DNA of 63,331 bases, filler included, from Folioceros fuciformis (Eukaryota), in assembly GCA_049999805.1 (NCBI GenBank). It is 9 parts of 9 records of this genome, joined end to end, with 100 filler letters (N's around TTAATTAATTAA, not from the genome) between each part and the next. Parts side by side here need not be neighbours in the genome. Positions count along the whole stretch, not along the records: positions 45,164 to 55,474 come from JBNGIO010005816.1; positions 55,575 to 58,138 come from JBNGIO010005817.1; positions 58,239 to 60,810 come from JBNGIO010005820.1; positions 60,911 to 63,331 come from JBNGIO010005826.1; 5 more parts are not named here. The stretch is one strand, 5' to 3'. Every line of letters starts with the position of its first letter. The stretch's first letter is position 1. Below are positions 49,686-63,331 of the stretch, piece by piece. The position numbers were made by a program, and so were the translations under genes. Below the pieces are notes generated by a model. That model did no database searches. It was not told the origin of the DNA and worked only from the letters and a program-made list of their open reading frames with translations.

Positions 49686-50052
49686 ACACAAGTCATGGTG
49701 CACACTTGTGCAAGCCAATTAAGTCATGGCACACACTTATTCATGCCAACCGAGTCATGGCACACACACTTGTGCATACCAACCAAGTCATGGTACACAC
49801 TCACTTGTGCATACCAACCGAGTCATGGCACACACTTGTGCATGCCAACCGAGTCATGGCACACACTTGTGCATGCCAACCGAGTCATGGCACACACTTG
49901 TGCATGCCAACCGAGTCATGGCACACACTTGTGCATGCCAACCGAGTCATGGCACACACTTGTGCATGCCAACCGAGTCATGGCACACACTCTTGTGCAT
50001 GCCAACCGAGTCATGGCGCACAATTGTGCACGCCATCTGAGTCATGGCATGC
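49686..50052. repeat. 31-bp minisatellite, ~11 units
   Basis: GAGTCATGGCACACACTTGTGCATGCCAACC at 49820, 49851, 49882 and onward. Confidence 0.95.
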
Positions 50053-50068
50053 ACAAATACATAGCTGC

Positions 50069-53000
50069 TGTTGTTTTATAGGATCGAGTAGAGACTAGAC
50101 GCGCACAATAGAGTGCGACAAAGAATAGAATGATGTTATGCGTGTTGTGCGAGGCGACTTGTGTGCCGCGTGAAGTTACAGCAGTTATTAGCCGTTGGTA
50201 ATCGTGTCCCCGTCTATCTAGGGCGCGGTTCAAATCTCGACGTTAACCTAACTATAAAAGGGTTCGGCTATAGGCATGAACCAGATAGAACAAGGTTACA
50301 AGCCTTCTAACACTCCCGCTTAGCCGACACTTTATACTTCTCTTCGTGTTCACGCTCCTTTGGTCTGGTTGATTTTTGTTCCTCCTCCTAGCAGCTGCAA
50401 TTGTTGAGCTCGAGCGATGCCTCCGCTAGTCCTCCCTTCGCCCTCCACCTCGTAATCATGTGCAGGAAGAGCAAGATGTCCTTGATCAGTTGAGAGCTCT
50501 CGACGCCCATGTGCGAGTGATCCGTGGTCTTCCTCCTTCCGGCCGAGATGGCTTGATGTCCCTGTCCAAGAACTCCCACTGCCCCCGGCTGAACATGTTG
50601 GTGGAGAACTATGAATTCGACGTCGGAGTTGGTGGCGGCTAACCTTGCACTATGCTCCATGGTTTGCTGCCAATCCGGAGTATATTTTTCTGCAAAATAG
50701 ATCACGAGTAGGACTACATGTACGACTCCAACCCACAGCAGATAAGTTTTGTCTCTTTGGAGAGTCTGTCATGCCTAGTCCTACATAGTGTTTATCATGC
50801 TTCTCTTTAGGTAGTGGTTTCGTGAAAATGTTTGCAGTGTTTTCTTCTGTTGGGACATACTCTAGCCTAACATGTCTGTCCTCAATAGCTTGTCTGATGA
50901 AGTGGTACTTCACTCCAATATGCCTTGTCCTAGAATGCATGACCGGGTTGTTGGAGATTGCGATTGTTGATTGGTTGTCGCACCTAACCCTTGTTGGTCC
51001 TTCCTGCTTGCAGCCAATTGATTGTAGCAGGGCTTGGAGGTGGAGCACTTCTTGTGTTGCAGCAAAGACAACCACGTACTCCGCCTCAGTTGAGGAGAGT
51101 GCAATAATAGGTTGTCTCTTGCACCTCCATGCTACGACGCTACCGCTGATCTTCACACATTACGCCGTAATGGACTTCCTTGTATCCTTGTCAGCAGCCC
51201 AGTCTGCATCAGTGTAACAAGTGAGTGCTGCATGGATCTTGCCTGTTTGGTGTTTATACAGAAGTTCGAGGCCTGGCTTGAGCTACAAGTAACGCAGAAC
51301 CCGCTTTGCTGCAATCCAATTTTGTTGGCCGGGATTAGCCAAGAACCTGGACACATAGTGTGATGCCAAGGAAATCTCAGGCCGCGTCCACCCTGCTAGC
51401 CAGACGAGGCATCCGGCCAGTACTCCGAAAGGTTCCCCTTCCATCTCAGCTCGTTCTTCTTTTGTTGAAGGTGATTGTTCAGTTGACATGATCGCTCCTA
51501 CAGGTACTGGTGTCGCCATAGTCTTGCACTCCGTCATATTGAACTTGTCCAGCAATCTTTTGACATAGTGCTCTTGATGAATAAAGATGCTGTGGTCGAC
51601 AGGATTGACCTTGGCTTGTACCCCTAGGAAAAAATTGATGCTCCCATGATCTGTCATCTTAAATTCAGAGGATAGTATGTCTTTCACCTTTTGCATGATT
51701 CTTGGAGAAGTCGCAAAGATGAGAGTGTCATCAACGTACAGCGCAAGGTAAGCTGTGTCCTTCCCTTCTCTCAGCAGATAGAAATTACCATGAGATGGAG
51801 ATTGTACGAATCCTGACTTCATTAGGTACGCGTGTATACGCTTGTACCATGCTCGAGGTGATTGTTTCAACCCATACAGGGTTTTCTTCAGCCTACACAC
51901 ATGCGTTGGATGCTCCTTGCTAACATACCCTTCTGGTTGTTGCATGTACACTTTTTCATCAAGTACGCCATTCAGAAAGGTTGTTTCAACATTCATTTGA
52001 TGGACTTCCATGTTCATTTCTGCAGCCATAGCTAGGAGAGTGCGGACCGAGGCAGCACAAACTACACGTGAAAATGTTTCTTTGTAGTCCAACCCTTCCT
52101 TTTGGGAAAAACCGCGCACAACTAACCTCGCCTTATACCTTCCGATGCTCCAATCCAGTTTTAGCTTGTACTTGAAAACCCACTTGCAGGTGATGGGTTT
52201 ACGGTTGGTTGGCAAGGGTTCTAGTACCCATGTGGAGTTGTCCATCAGCGACTTGTATTCTTGATCAATGCCGATTCTCCAATGAGCCTTATCAGGTCCA
52301 GTCAATGCTTCCTGGTATGTCCTTGGCTCCCCCAAGTCTTGTGCTGACACTAGAGCCTGGGCTAGCAGGGCCTTCCGCATGTGCGTCTTAGCTCCCGCTC
52401 CCATTTGATAACCTACATACTTGGCTTGTGTAGGTTGTTGATCAGCAGGTGGTACATTGATAGGTAGCCCAGGTGTGGTTTCTGCTGCCTTAGTTTCTGC
52501 TGCCTTACTCCCCCCTCGAGGTGCCACCAATTGATCTTGTACGGTATACTGCATTAGATGGGGGGGGGGGACAGTGGAGGCACTTGCCACTCCTCTCGAG
52601 ATGCAGTATGATGACGAAGAGACCGCCGCAGGGTTGGTACCGGTGCCTCTTCCACAGGCACGGCTGCGGGCTCCTCCTCTCCATCACTAGGAATGTCGAG
52701 CTCAGCTTCGCCACCATTGTCATCAGGAAACACACTATGAAGGGGGTAAGAGTCCACGGGTGTAGTGGGTGCAACAGAAGCATCAGGTGCCATCAAAGAG
52801 TCAAGGTCAGATGCATTTTGTGCAGTAGTGTCATTGTCACTATCACTGTCATTGTCACTAGAACTATTACTACTGCCGGGTGGAGCTGGCACAAATGTTT
52901 GCAGGCTAGACGATGCGTTTCCTGAGTGACTTTGAGCTTCGGAAGGGTCTCTGACTTCGCCTTGTGGCTTTGAGCTGTCCAGGACGTGGAGCTCGTCAAA

Positions 53001-55474
53001 GATGACGTTGCGAGAGTGGCTGATCTTCCTTGTAGTCGGGTTGAAGAGTTTGTAGCCCTTCACCCCCTCAGTGTACCCGATGAAGATTAATTTCTCAGCT
53101 TTGAAGTCCAACTTCTTCCTAGTCTGGGCAGGTACATGAATATATGCTGGTGAGCCAAATACTCTTAAATGGCTTATTCTAGGCTTCATACCTGTCCACC
53201 TTTCATAAGGAGTAGCTCCTTCAAAAGCTCTGGTAGGAAGTCGGTCAGCATGCTTTTGGCCCCCTCTTGAACGTAGTGCTTCTTCCTCTCTGCTAGAGGA
53301 TTCTGATCGGAGGAGTGGGCCACAATCAATTGCCTGAAGATGCCTTCTTTTTCACAATAAGCTCTAAACTCGCCCATGGCAAGTTCTCCTGCATTGTCAC
53401 TCCTCAGGGTCTTCAACTTATGCCCTGTAAATCTCTGTGCATATTGCAGGTACTGGATAAACCTGTCAAGTGCTTGACTCTTATGGGCAAGGAAATAAGT
53501 TAGTGTAAACCTACTCCAATCATCTACTATGACCATAAAGTACTTAGCACCGCCGAAAGAAGTGGTGGACATAGGACCACACAAGTCTGTGTGCACTACC
53601 TTAAGAAGGTGAGTGGCCCGGGTTGCATCAGTGTTTTTGTGAGGCAACTTGTGATGTTTGCCAAAAGTACATGATTCACAAAACACATTGTCAGGAACTG
53701 TAAGATTTATCTTATCTCTATACATGTCAGAGTTGACTACTTGCTTGAGCCTAGGAAAGTTGGTGTGGCCTAGGCGACAGTGCCACAGGAAGGATTCTTC
53801 ACTTGAGGTGATTCTTTTTGCAACTGCGACGATTTCTGTGTGAACTTCTTCAGGGCTGCACCTTGTTGATGGAGAAGTCGAGCTTGTACAAGTCATGTAC
53901 TGGTACTCCTCTGGCTATCTCAGACTTGATGTTGCCGGTTGAGGTGACCACACACTCTTCACCTTTGAAGTTGACTTGAACTCTATGTTGCTTGCATAGG
54001 TGCCGCACCGACACCAAGTTCTTCGCCATCTGCGGCACAAGTAAGACTTCTTCGAGTAGCAACTCTGCTCCATTGGCCAGCTTAACACTCACAGTACCTG
54101 TACCTTCAATGAGCAGGCCACTATCGTCTCCTAATAGCACGTATTGTTTTGGTGGTCCCTGGCTGAACTCACTAAATAGTGATCTGGTGTTGCGAATGTG
54201 GGCCGAAGCCCCAGAGTCAAGAAACCAAGAGTGCCTATCTATGGCCGAGTGTACCATGTAGACTGCCAATATGACATTGGATCCTCTCAGCTTTGTGGCA
54301 GTGTTTGCTTCTGGTGGTGCCAGTCGACGTGGCTTGCTTGCCTTCTTCTTCCGGCATTCATGCTCGTGATGGCCGGGGAACCTACACCAGTTGCAATTGC
54401 CCTTCTTGCATGGAGAAGTTGAGGGTGCACTCGACCAGTCTTTGCTTGGAGCTTGCTTCCTTGGGGGCCATGAAGGGCGGCCAGCTTGAGGTCGTCCTCT
54501 TCCCCTCCCCCTTGATGTGTACAGTACTCTATTGCTTGAATTCGAGGACGCTCCTTTGTTTGAGCGATGTGAGGATTCCTCTTCAAGCAAGGCTCCTATG
54601 ATCTCTGACAAAGTGATTGTCACCGTACCTGCAAGCGCTGCTGCTGCGGCTCGCAAGGTTGCATTCTATGTACTCACGAAAGTCTTGAAGTGTTCTGGCA
54701 GGGACATTAGGAGTGCGACTGCCACTTGGAGCTCGGAAACCTTCGTGCCGGCTGACACCAAACGCTGTCTCAGGTGGCGGAACTTCATTATGTGCTCCTC
54801 TACATTCTCTGAATCCTTCCTGCGCAGATTCCAAAAATGACGAGTAGCTGCAATAATTGATGTTGAGCTCGTTGTTGCAAAGACCTGGTGGAGGGACGTC
54901 CAAGCTTCAGCTGTGGTCTCCGCGTCGTCGACGTGGTGCATCATTGAGTTGTCCAGCGCTGACTAAAGCAGGGCTCGTGCACGCAGGTCGGTCTTCTTCC
55001 AATTCGAGATGACGTCCGCGGCTGTCATTGCGGCAGGCTTGGCAGTTGCGCTGGAGGCCACATCCCACAGGTCCTCAAGCTGGAGAAGTATCTTCACCCT
55101 CTGCATCCAGACATCGTAGCCGGTACCATCGAACCGGTCTCTGTCCTTGAAGTCTAACCTGATGCTGGTCACTGTTGTTGGCGCCGGATTTGCCATGACT
55201 GTGAATGGAAATGGCTCCCTCTTCGGCGATCCCGATCGGACCCTCCTCTTTGCACAGGTGTCCTTTAAAGGTTCACTCCCTGTTGGTTCTTGAGACTTCC
55301 CTCGATGCCCTCTACGAAGCATTCGCCGGTTGCCTCCACATAATGCTCCAGCAAGATCTCTTTGGTTGCATCAACTGCCTTCGTCTCCACTGTTGTATTG
55401 ACTACTTTGCTTTCTACAGGTTTTGACAGAAGGAGTTTGATGGACTTCTGATCTTTGTGTAGGTTGGAGACTTG
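50069..55474 (-). mobile_element. Ty1/copia element, near complete (gag from ~55196, pol to ~50700, PPT ~50313-50322, 3' LTR ~50312-50069), degenerate
   Basis: DRFDGTGYDVW, CNWCRFPGHHEHEC, WFLDSGAS, HTDLCGP, LYVDD, SSTEAEY, RTRHIGVKYHFIR; TGTTAG LTR start after AAGCGGGAG. Confidence 0.93.
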
Positions 55475-55574
55475 NNNNNNNNNNNNNNNNNNNNNNNNNN
55501 NNNNNNNNNNNNNNNNNNTTAATTAATTAANNNNNNNNNNNNNNNNNNNNNNNNNNNNNNNNNNNNNNNNNNNN

Positions 55575-58138
55575 CGCCAGCCATTAACCCTGGTTGGCAA
55601 GTTAGGGCCGTTGAGGTGCTATAGTTGAATGGACCCATTCTCATACACCTCCAGCACCTTGTAAGGTCCCATCCATCTCAAATGAAGCTTACCTGGAAAG
55701 TGCATGTACCTATTGTCATATAGCAAGGCTAAATCTCCAGGCACAACATACTCTTGTTTACGCAACCTCTGGTCATGCCACTTCTTCCTCCTCTCCTGGA
55801 CATCAAGGAAAACAGCCAACTCCCGTCCCCTGTCCTCATCATGCTGCAGAAAACTGGTCAGCCTCTCCAACTGGCTCTCCTCCACAGGCAATCAGTTGCT
55901 CTCCTGCATCCTCAAGGTGGGTACCTCAAATTCGATGGGCATGACCGGTGAGTACCCATAGGTGAGGTAATAAGGGGTCTGCTGAGTGGTAACCTTCTCA
56001 GCAGTCCTATACGCCCACAAAGCTGAATGGAGCTTCCTATCCCAATCATGAGCATAGGTGATGGTGAGCTTGCCGAGAATCTTGCACAACAGCCCATTAG
56101 CCTTCTACGTGAGTCCATTGGCCTTGCCTTGGGGTTGTAGGGAGTGGTCTACCTATGAGTGATATTGAAATATTTAGTCATGTGTCATGTCATTGATGAA
56201 GTGAGTCCCCCTATCACTCACCAACTCCAACGGACACCCATACCTTGTGATGATTTGCTCAAACAAAAATCTGGCCACCACATTTGCTGTGTCCACGGGC
56301 AAAGCTTGGGCCTCCACCATGCGCATGCAGTAGTTGGTTACCACCAAGATGTATTGGTTCTGCCTTACCTTGGACTTGGGCTGAATTGGTCCCACAAAAT
56401 CAATCACCCACTTCTCAAATGGTGCTTACGCTAGGATGGGGACCAATGGCCATTGTGTGGTCCTGGTAGGCTTCCCCACCCTTTGGCATGCGTCACACCT
56501 CCTGATGAACCCTCCAGCATCAGCATGCATTGCTGGCCACCAATACCCTACTGCTAGAATTTTTCTACAGGTCGCATGGGCTGCATAATGGCCCCCAGCC
56601 TCTCCCTCATGTAAGGAGCTGATAACTTGCTCCACTTGGCCAGGTTTGACCCACAACCGCTCCACGCCATCAGCCCCTGCACGATACAGCCTGCCCTTGT
56701 ACCTAACCACCAGCCTTGTGAAGTACAAGAACAGCCGCTGCTGCTGCAGTGAGAGATCAGCTGGAAATTCCCCCATGCCTAAAAAAATCAGACACCTCTT
56801 GGTAGGAAGGCTTACGGAACCCTCTTCTCCCCTTTCTCATTTGGTGCTGCACCTTCACCTCTTAGCAGCCTAGCATTTGGTTTGGCCCTCTCCTTCTCCA
56901 CTAGGTCTGCTGAAAATGCCTCATCCGGAAAATCATCTTCTTGGTCTTGAACCACCTTCTCTGTTTTCAGCCTAGACAGAAAATCAGCATTCACATGCTT
57001 GCGCCCTTCCCTTGTTTCCACGATGAATGTGAACTCCTGCAAGAGCAAGATCCAGCGGGCTATGCGGCCCGATAGGTCTGCCTTATTGACCAGGTGCTTG
57101 AGAGCAAAATGATCAACATGGAAGACAAACTCATAGGAGAGGAGGTAGTGGCGGAATTTACGACAAGAGTAGACCATGCCAAGTGCCTCCCTCTCGGTTG
57201 TGGTGTACTTGCGTTCAGCCTCCGTAAGTTGACGTCTAGCATAGTAGATTGGGTAGTCCCTCCCCTTCTCATCCCACTAGCTAAGGACTGTCCCAATGGC
57301 AAAGGCTGAAACATCCACGTACACATGGAATTTCTTGTCCCAATCAGGCCCCTTGAGTGTTGGTGCTGTCACAAGGGTGGTCCTCAAGTCCTGAAATGGA
57401 GCCTCTCTCTGCTGTTCACTCCCAAGATTGCTCCTTCCTCAATAGGCCCGTTAAAGGAGCAGCCTGTCTTGCAAAATTTGGCACGAACCGGCGGTAGTAT
57501 CCCACCATCCCAAGGAATCCACACAGCTCCTTGAGTGTGGCTAGGGCCCTCAAGGCAGCAATCACCTTCACCTTGTCCAGGTCCACTTCAATGCCCCGTG
57601 CTGAGATTCTGTGACCTAGCAAGATCCCTTTAGCCATGCCAAAATAGCATTTCTCCATATGCAAACAAAGCTGCGTCTCATGGCACCTGGCCAAGCACAG
57701 CCTTAGGTGCTCCAGATGCTGCTCCACCCCTCCAGACACACAAAAATCATCTATGAACACCTCTAGGAACTTGTGAAGGAAATCCTTGAAGATCTTGTAC
57801 ATGCTGCGCATAAAGGACCCCGGTGCTCCTGTCAGCCCAAAAGCACTCCTCTTGTAGGCAAATGTCCCCCAATCAGTTGTGAAGGTTGTCAATGGCCAGT
57901 CACTCTCCCTTAGGGACAGTTGATTGTAACCAGAATAGCCATCCAAAAAGGAGTAAATCATGCGGCTAGCCACCCAATCCAGAATGTTGTCAATGAATGG
58001 CAAAGGGAAATGATCCTTCTTGGTGGCTTTGTTCAGCCTTCTCCAATCTTGGCACACCCGGATCTTCCTCGGGTGTTTCTTGGGCACCACTACGATTCAG
58101 GCCACCCAATCTGAATTCACAATTGGAAAAATCACATC
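55575..58138 (-). mobile_element. Ty3/gypsy pol (RT, RNase H, integrase), degenerate
   Basis: DHFPLPFID, LDGYSGYNQ, VFIDDF, HVDHFALKHL, GGHY...CDACQ, SDRGTHF. Confidence 0.95.
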
Positions 58139-58459
58139 NNNNNNNNNNNNNNNNNNNNNNNNNNNNNNNNNNNNNNNNNNNNTTAATTAATTAANNNNNN
58201 NNNNNNNNNNNNNNNNNNNNNNNNNNNNNNNNNNNNNNGGGCTCACAGCACGGATGCGTTCTGGTCTGCAAAGGGTTCAACTGGGCTCCTCCCTCTTACA
58301 TCTGCACGCGTACAGGTTTCTTTATGCTGCAGGTTGGGGTTAACACCGAGTCCACTCCTGGATCTTCAAGATACGTCTACACTGCTGAGATTTGATCCAC
58401 GATGGCGCCAAGAAATCTGCATTCAGTGGTTACTTGTAGCAGGCTGCTATACCCAGTCT

Positions 58460-60810
58460 GTATGCATGCTTGTTGTGCAGTTCTTTTGACAGGGCTTTAG
58501 TAAGTAGGTCAGCCGGATTTTCTGCTGTTGAGATGTAGGTCACAGACATCTAACCATCTCCAACAACTTCTCTTATAAAATGATGATAAATTTCCATGTG
58601 TTTCACTCTAGAATGGAAAACAGGGTTGCGAGATAGGGCTATCGCTCCCTGATTATCGCAGTGGAGGACTGTTGCATTTGTCTGGACTACCCCCACATCT
58701 GCTAAATTTCTTCTTATCCAGATGGCCTCTTTAGCAGCCACGGTAAGTGCCTTATACTCCGCTTCTGTACTGGATGTAGATATAGTTGCTTGCTTTTTAC
58801 TTGTCCAGGATATTGGGCCTCCAGCTAACATAAAAACGAAAGCTGACAACGATTTCCTGCTGTCCAGGTCGGAGGCCCAGTCTGAATCGCAGAATCCCTC
58901 CAGGGTAAGTCCGTTCTCATCTGATCCAGCATAAGTTATGCCATGGGAAGCAGTCTGTTTCAAATACCTGAATGTTCTCTTGACCTGACTCCAACGTTCT
59001 GGATGTGGGTTATCCAGGAACTGCGATTCCAGGCTGACTGAGAATGCAATGTCAGGTCTGGTCACGTTTGATAAATATATTAGGGTTCCCACAGCATGTC
59101 TGTACGGGGTCCTAGACATTTCCTCCTCTTCTTCAGGTGTTAGAGGCTCAAGATTCTTCTGCATTTTTAAACCTGTGGCAAGTGGTGTTGCACATCCATT
59201 TGCTGCGTCCATGTTGAATTTTCTGAGACTATCATTAACATACTTCCGTTGACACATTGATAATTTTCGAGTACTTCTGTCTCTTATGATCTCGATACCC
59301 AGGCACCAGGTCAACTCGCCAAGTTCAGTCATTTCAAACCCTTGCTTCAGTAAGTCCTTGACCTTACTCATCAAACTCCCTTTGCCGGTTGTAGCTGCTA
59401 GCACTAAATCGTCTACATACAGGAGCAGGATCATGAAGGCCTTGTCTTCCTTCAGCACATAAAGGCCAGGGTCAGCTGTCCCCTGCTGGAATCCAAGTTC
59501 CTTCAGGTATGCATCGAATCTTTGATTCCAGGCCCTTGGACTTTGCTTTAACCCGTACAGAGTTTTCTTGAGTTTGCACACTAGACGCTCATTGCCTGGT
59601 TTTATATACCCTTCCAGCTGTTCCATATACAGCTCCTCTTCCAAGGTACCATGTAAAAATGCGGTTTTTATGTCCATTTGCTCGAGGTCTAGGTCCATAT
59701 GAGCTGACAGTGCAAGAACCATACGCAGGGTGGTGAATTTCACCACTGGAGCAAATATATCAGTGAAATCAACACCCGGAATCTGAGAAAAGCCTCGTGC
59801 CACTAAACGTGCTTTGTAACGAGCAATGCTCCCATCAGCCTTCATTTTTCTTTCAAATACCCACTTACACGAGATGGGTTTTCTGCCATGAGGTAATTCT
59901 GACAGTATCCAGGTTCCATTCTGCATGATTGATGCATACTCCTCTTCTACTGCACGTTTCCACTGTGCAGCCTCTGATCCAGAATATGCTTGTGCCATGG
60001 TTGCAGGCTCAGTGTAATCGGCGACAGCTGCCTGCAGAGCATGTATGTCCGCAGTACTCGTGACTGGTTGTTCAATGGCATTCAAAGCATCTTCCAAATC
60101 CCCACCAACTGATGATGCACCAGCGACAGGCACATCAAATATAACAGCATGTATCCCTCCTGCACTGTTTTTGGATTGACGTTTGGATCTAGAGCGAGTC
60201 CATTTTGAGTGACGCCAATCCTCCATTTCCAAAGGTGGCTCCTTCCAGGGCCTGTTGCGCTCCCTAAGTGCATACCTACTGACAACAGGGACTTGTTCAG
60301 CTTCAGGTGCAGCAGACTCTGCCTCAAGTTGAGTCTCCTCAGGTTCCACGTCTTCGACTAATTCATCATCAGGTACGACACCTTCATCAACTTGAATGTC
60401 AAGAGTACTGTCATCCTCTTCACCAGTCTGATCAAAACGTGACACTTCCATATCATCCACTTCCATGCTGCCCTGGACAGTGGACGGTGACCAATCAACT
60501 GGATCAACTTCATTAGATTCAAAATTTTCTGTATGCACAGGGCTGTTACTGCCAGCAACTTTAGGAGGAGAAGAAGGTAAACTCATGACACTTTGTTCAT
60601 CAAATACCACGCTCCTTGCATGACTGACCACCTTCGTTTCGGGATCATAAAGCTTGTATGCCTTTATACCCTCTGTGTACCCAACAAATACTAACTTGTG
60701 GGCACGATCATGCAGCTTTGTCCTCCGTTTGGGCTTGGGAATGAGCGCATAAGCTGGAGCTCTGAAAATACGCAAGTGCTGCACAGCTGGTTTTCGTCCC
60801 CACCATGCCT
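58460..60810 (-). mobile_element. Ty1/copia integrase end, RT, RNase H
   Basis: 744-aa ORF with YKARLVARGF, MDIKTAFL, LYVDD, CDSDWA; premature TAG at 58552-58550, frame continues (ENPADLLTKAL). Confidence 0.95.
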
Positions 60811-60922
60811 NNNNNNNNNNNNNNNNNNNNNNNNNNNNNNNNNNNNNNNNNNNNTTAATTAATTAANNNNNNNNNNNNNNNNNNNNNNNNNNNNNNNNNN
60901 NNNNNNNNNNATCATCTCGGAG

Positions 60923-62986
60923 ATGGATGCACCTCAGAGCGTGAGACAGGTTAGAGCTTTCATTGGGTTAGTGGGTTACTACAGGAGATTCATCAAGGAC
61001 TTCGCTAAGAAGGCGGCAGCTTTGACCCAGCTAACGAAAAAGGATGTGCTGTATGAGTGGACCCCGGAGAGGGAGGAGGCGTTTCAGGACTTGAAGAGGA
61101 GTTTGGTGGCAGCACCCACATTGAGCCCACCAAATTGGGAGAAGACCTTTCATGTGTATGTGGATGTGTCAGCCTATGCTATAGGGGCCATCCTCAGCCA
61201 ACAAGACGACAAGAAGAGGGATCACCCTATCTTCTATGCCGGAAGGCAACTCACGGATGCGGAGAGGAATTACTCCACAACGGAGAGAGAGGCTTTGGGC
61301 ATCATCTACGCTTGTAAGAAGTTCCGTCACTACCTTCTAGCTTGCAAGGTAGTATTTCATGTGGACCACTTTGCTTTGAAGTATCTTGTGAACAAGCCTG
61401 ACCTATCGGGGAGGATCGCTAGGTGGATTCTCTTGCTGCAGGAGTGTGATTTTGAGGTGGAAACAAGAGCAGGGAAGAGCCATGTTAATGCTGACTTTGT
61501 TTCTAGACTCAAAACCAAAGGGAAGGTTAGAGAAACGGATGACAGGTTTCCTGATGAGGAGTTGATTGCTGCTGTACATACAGTAGAAGAGGGAGAGTTC
61601 GATGAACAGGTTACCGGTGAGGGAGGAGGAACCTCTACAAGGGTTGAGAGTAGCCAGAAGGTCAGCCAGGCTCGAAGGAAGAGGAACCATCGTAGCGACA
61701 GGTTGGGAAGGCCTTGTGCTAGGCAGTTGCTACCAGTTGAGGTGAGGAGATTTTTGGAGTTTGGAATCATGCCAGCTGGATTGAGCCGTGAGGGTAGGGC
61801 AGTGTTCTTGCACAAGACAGGCCCATATTGTTTGAAGCAAGGGGTCTTGTACAAACTAGGCCCAGATGGTAAGGTGAGGCGTTGTTTGGAAGTGAATGAA
61901 GGTGTTGTGGTGACCGAAGCTTTGCATGCGGAAGAGGCAGGAGGCCACTATTCAGTCCCCATTACCATCAAGAAGATCTTGGATACTGGGTTTTGGTGGG
62001 CTACCATGCAGAGGGATGTGTGGGATTTTGTAAGAAGGTGTGATGCTTGTCAAAGGGTAGGGAGACCCACATTGACAACCAGGTGGCCGTTGACCTACAT
62101 TTTGCCGTTGGCTCCGTTCGAGAAGTGGGGGATCGACTTTGTAGGGCCGATTCGTCCACCTACTCGCTGGACAAGGAAGCAATACATCTTAGTGGCAACG
62201 GACTACTGTACCAAGATGGTGGAGGCAGAGGCTACCCGACGGGACGATGCCCCAACAGTGGCCAAATTTCTGTTTGAGAACATCATCACACGCTATGGGT
62301 GTCCGTTGGAGTTGGTCAGCGACAGAGGTACACATTTCCTCAATGAAGTCATCACCACCTTGACCACCTACTTCAACATTCGACATAGGAAGACCACTCC
62401 TTACAATCCGAAGGCGAATGGGTTAACGGAGAAGACCAATGGTCTTTTGGGGACCATCTTGACCAAGGTGACTGTGACTCACATGTACGATTGGGATACC
62501 AAGTTGCATTCAGCACTTTGGGCTTACAGGACGGCAGAGAAGATCACCACGAAGAGGACTCCATACTACTTGACCTATGGTATGTCGCCTGTTCTTCCCA
62601 TTGAGTTTGAGATTCCCACTCACCGTGTCATGGAGGAGGCTAGGCTACCGGTGAGGGAGAGCCAAGAAGCTAGGTTGGAAGCTTTCATCACCTACGAGGA
62701 GGACCGAGAAGAAGCCTTGGAGGAGACTCATAGGATACAAGAGCAAAGGAAAACCCGCCATGATGGTAGGTTGAGGAAGAAGGAGACCATTGTACAGGGC
62801 GATCTGGTGCTACTGTATGACAGTAGGTACATGGATTTCCCAGGTAAGCTGAGGCTGAGGTGGATGGGTCCTTACAAGGTGGAGGAAGTGTTTGAGAATG
62901 GGTCTGTCCAGTTGAGGGTATTGGATGGTGATTTGTTGCCAACTAGGGTCAATGGTTGGCAAGTCAAGAAGTACTATCAGCCCTGA
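60923..62986 (+). mobile_element. Ty3/gypsy pol (RT connection, RNase H, integrase), uninterrupted partial ORF, non-chromovirus
   Basis: YVDVSAYAIGA, NYSTTEREAL, GGHY...CDACQ, PFEKWGIDF, SDRGTHF, RVNGWQVKKY; no chromodomain. Confidence 0.95.
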
Positions 62987-63032
62987 GAGGGTTAGTTGTT
63001 TGCGGGGACGCAAACAGCTGAGAAGGGGGGCA

Positions 63033-63331
63033 TGTGAACCTCCAAAGTTTGGGGTAGTAGTTTGTTTTGGTTGAAAAAGGGTTAATAGTGGTATGGTTTG
63101 GTTTTCTTTTTCAACTTATTTTTCCTAATTTTCCTTGATTTTCTGGTTATTTTTCCTATTTTTCTTTGTGCTAATTGGGTTAATTGACTAGGAAATAGTG
63201 GGTTTGGTTATAAGAGTGGGTATAGGTTTGGTCCCAGACCTGGGAAGGTTTAGGTTCGGTACCAGGCCATAGGGTTGGGTGATTAGTTTAATATTAATTA
63301 AAGATATATAATATTAAATGATTAAATAATA
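63033..63331 (+). repeat. Start of the 3' LTR of the gypsy element
   Basis: TGTG after PPT GAGAAGGGGGG (63020-63030). Confidence 0.75.

Noticed and set aside
49637-50098. His/Cys-rich repetitive ORFs (also 10817-11411 and 14561-15183)
   Set aside because: Translations of minisatellites whose periods are not multiples of three

Overview
Eukaryotic, plant-type DNA: tRNA-iMet primer sites, GT-AG introns and CCCTAAA repeats are present. A non-seed land plant is plausible, but that is inference. The window is nine short scaffolds joined by eight artificial 100-bp linkers (N44-TTAATTAATTAA-N44), so adjacency across linkers means nothing. Most of it is nested, degenerate LTR retrotransposons: about ten Ty1/copia copies with ~180-290-bp LTRs, and non-chromo Ty3/gypsy pol fragments with very long GC-rich LTRs, including a 5.1-kb solo LTR with a TSD. 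Non-retroelement content is the last two exons of PDCD2, a spliced BED zinc-finger gene flanked by tandem arrays, and a decayed DNMT3-like C5 cytosine methyltransferase. The standout is an intronless LRR-ROC-COR (ROCO/TORNADO1-like) ORF (48484-45650, minus) running directly, out of frame, into the C-terminal half of an animal-type caspase domain (LANKPKVVVINACRG plus a complete p10-like region). This points to a plant ROCO-caspase fusion family. This copy looks internally deleted: it is frameshifted and lacks the catalytic-His half.
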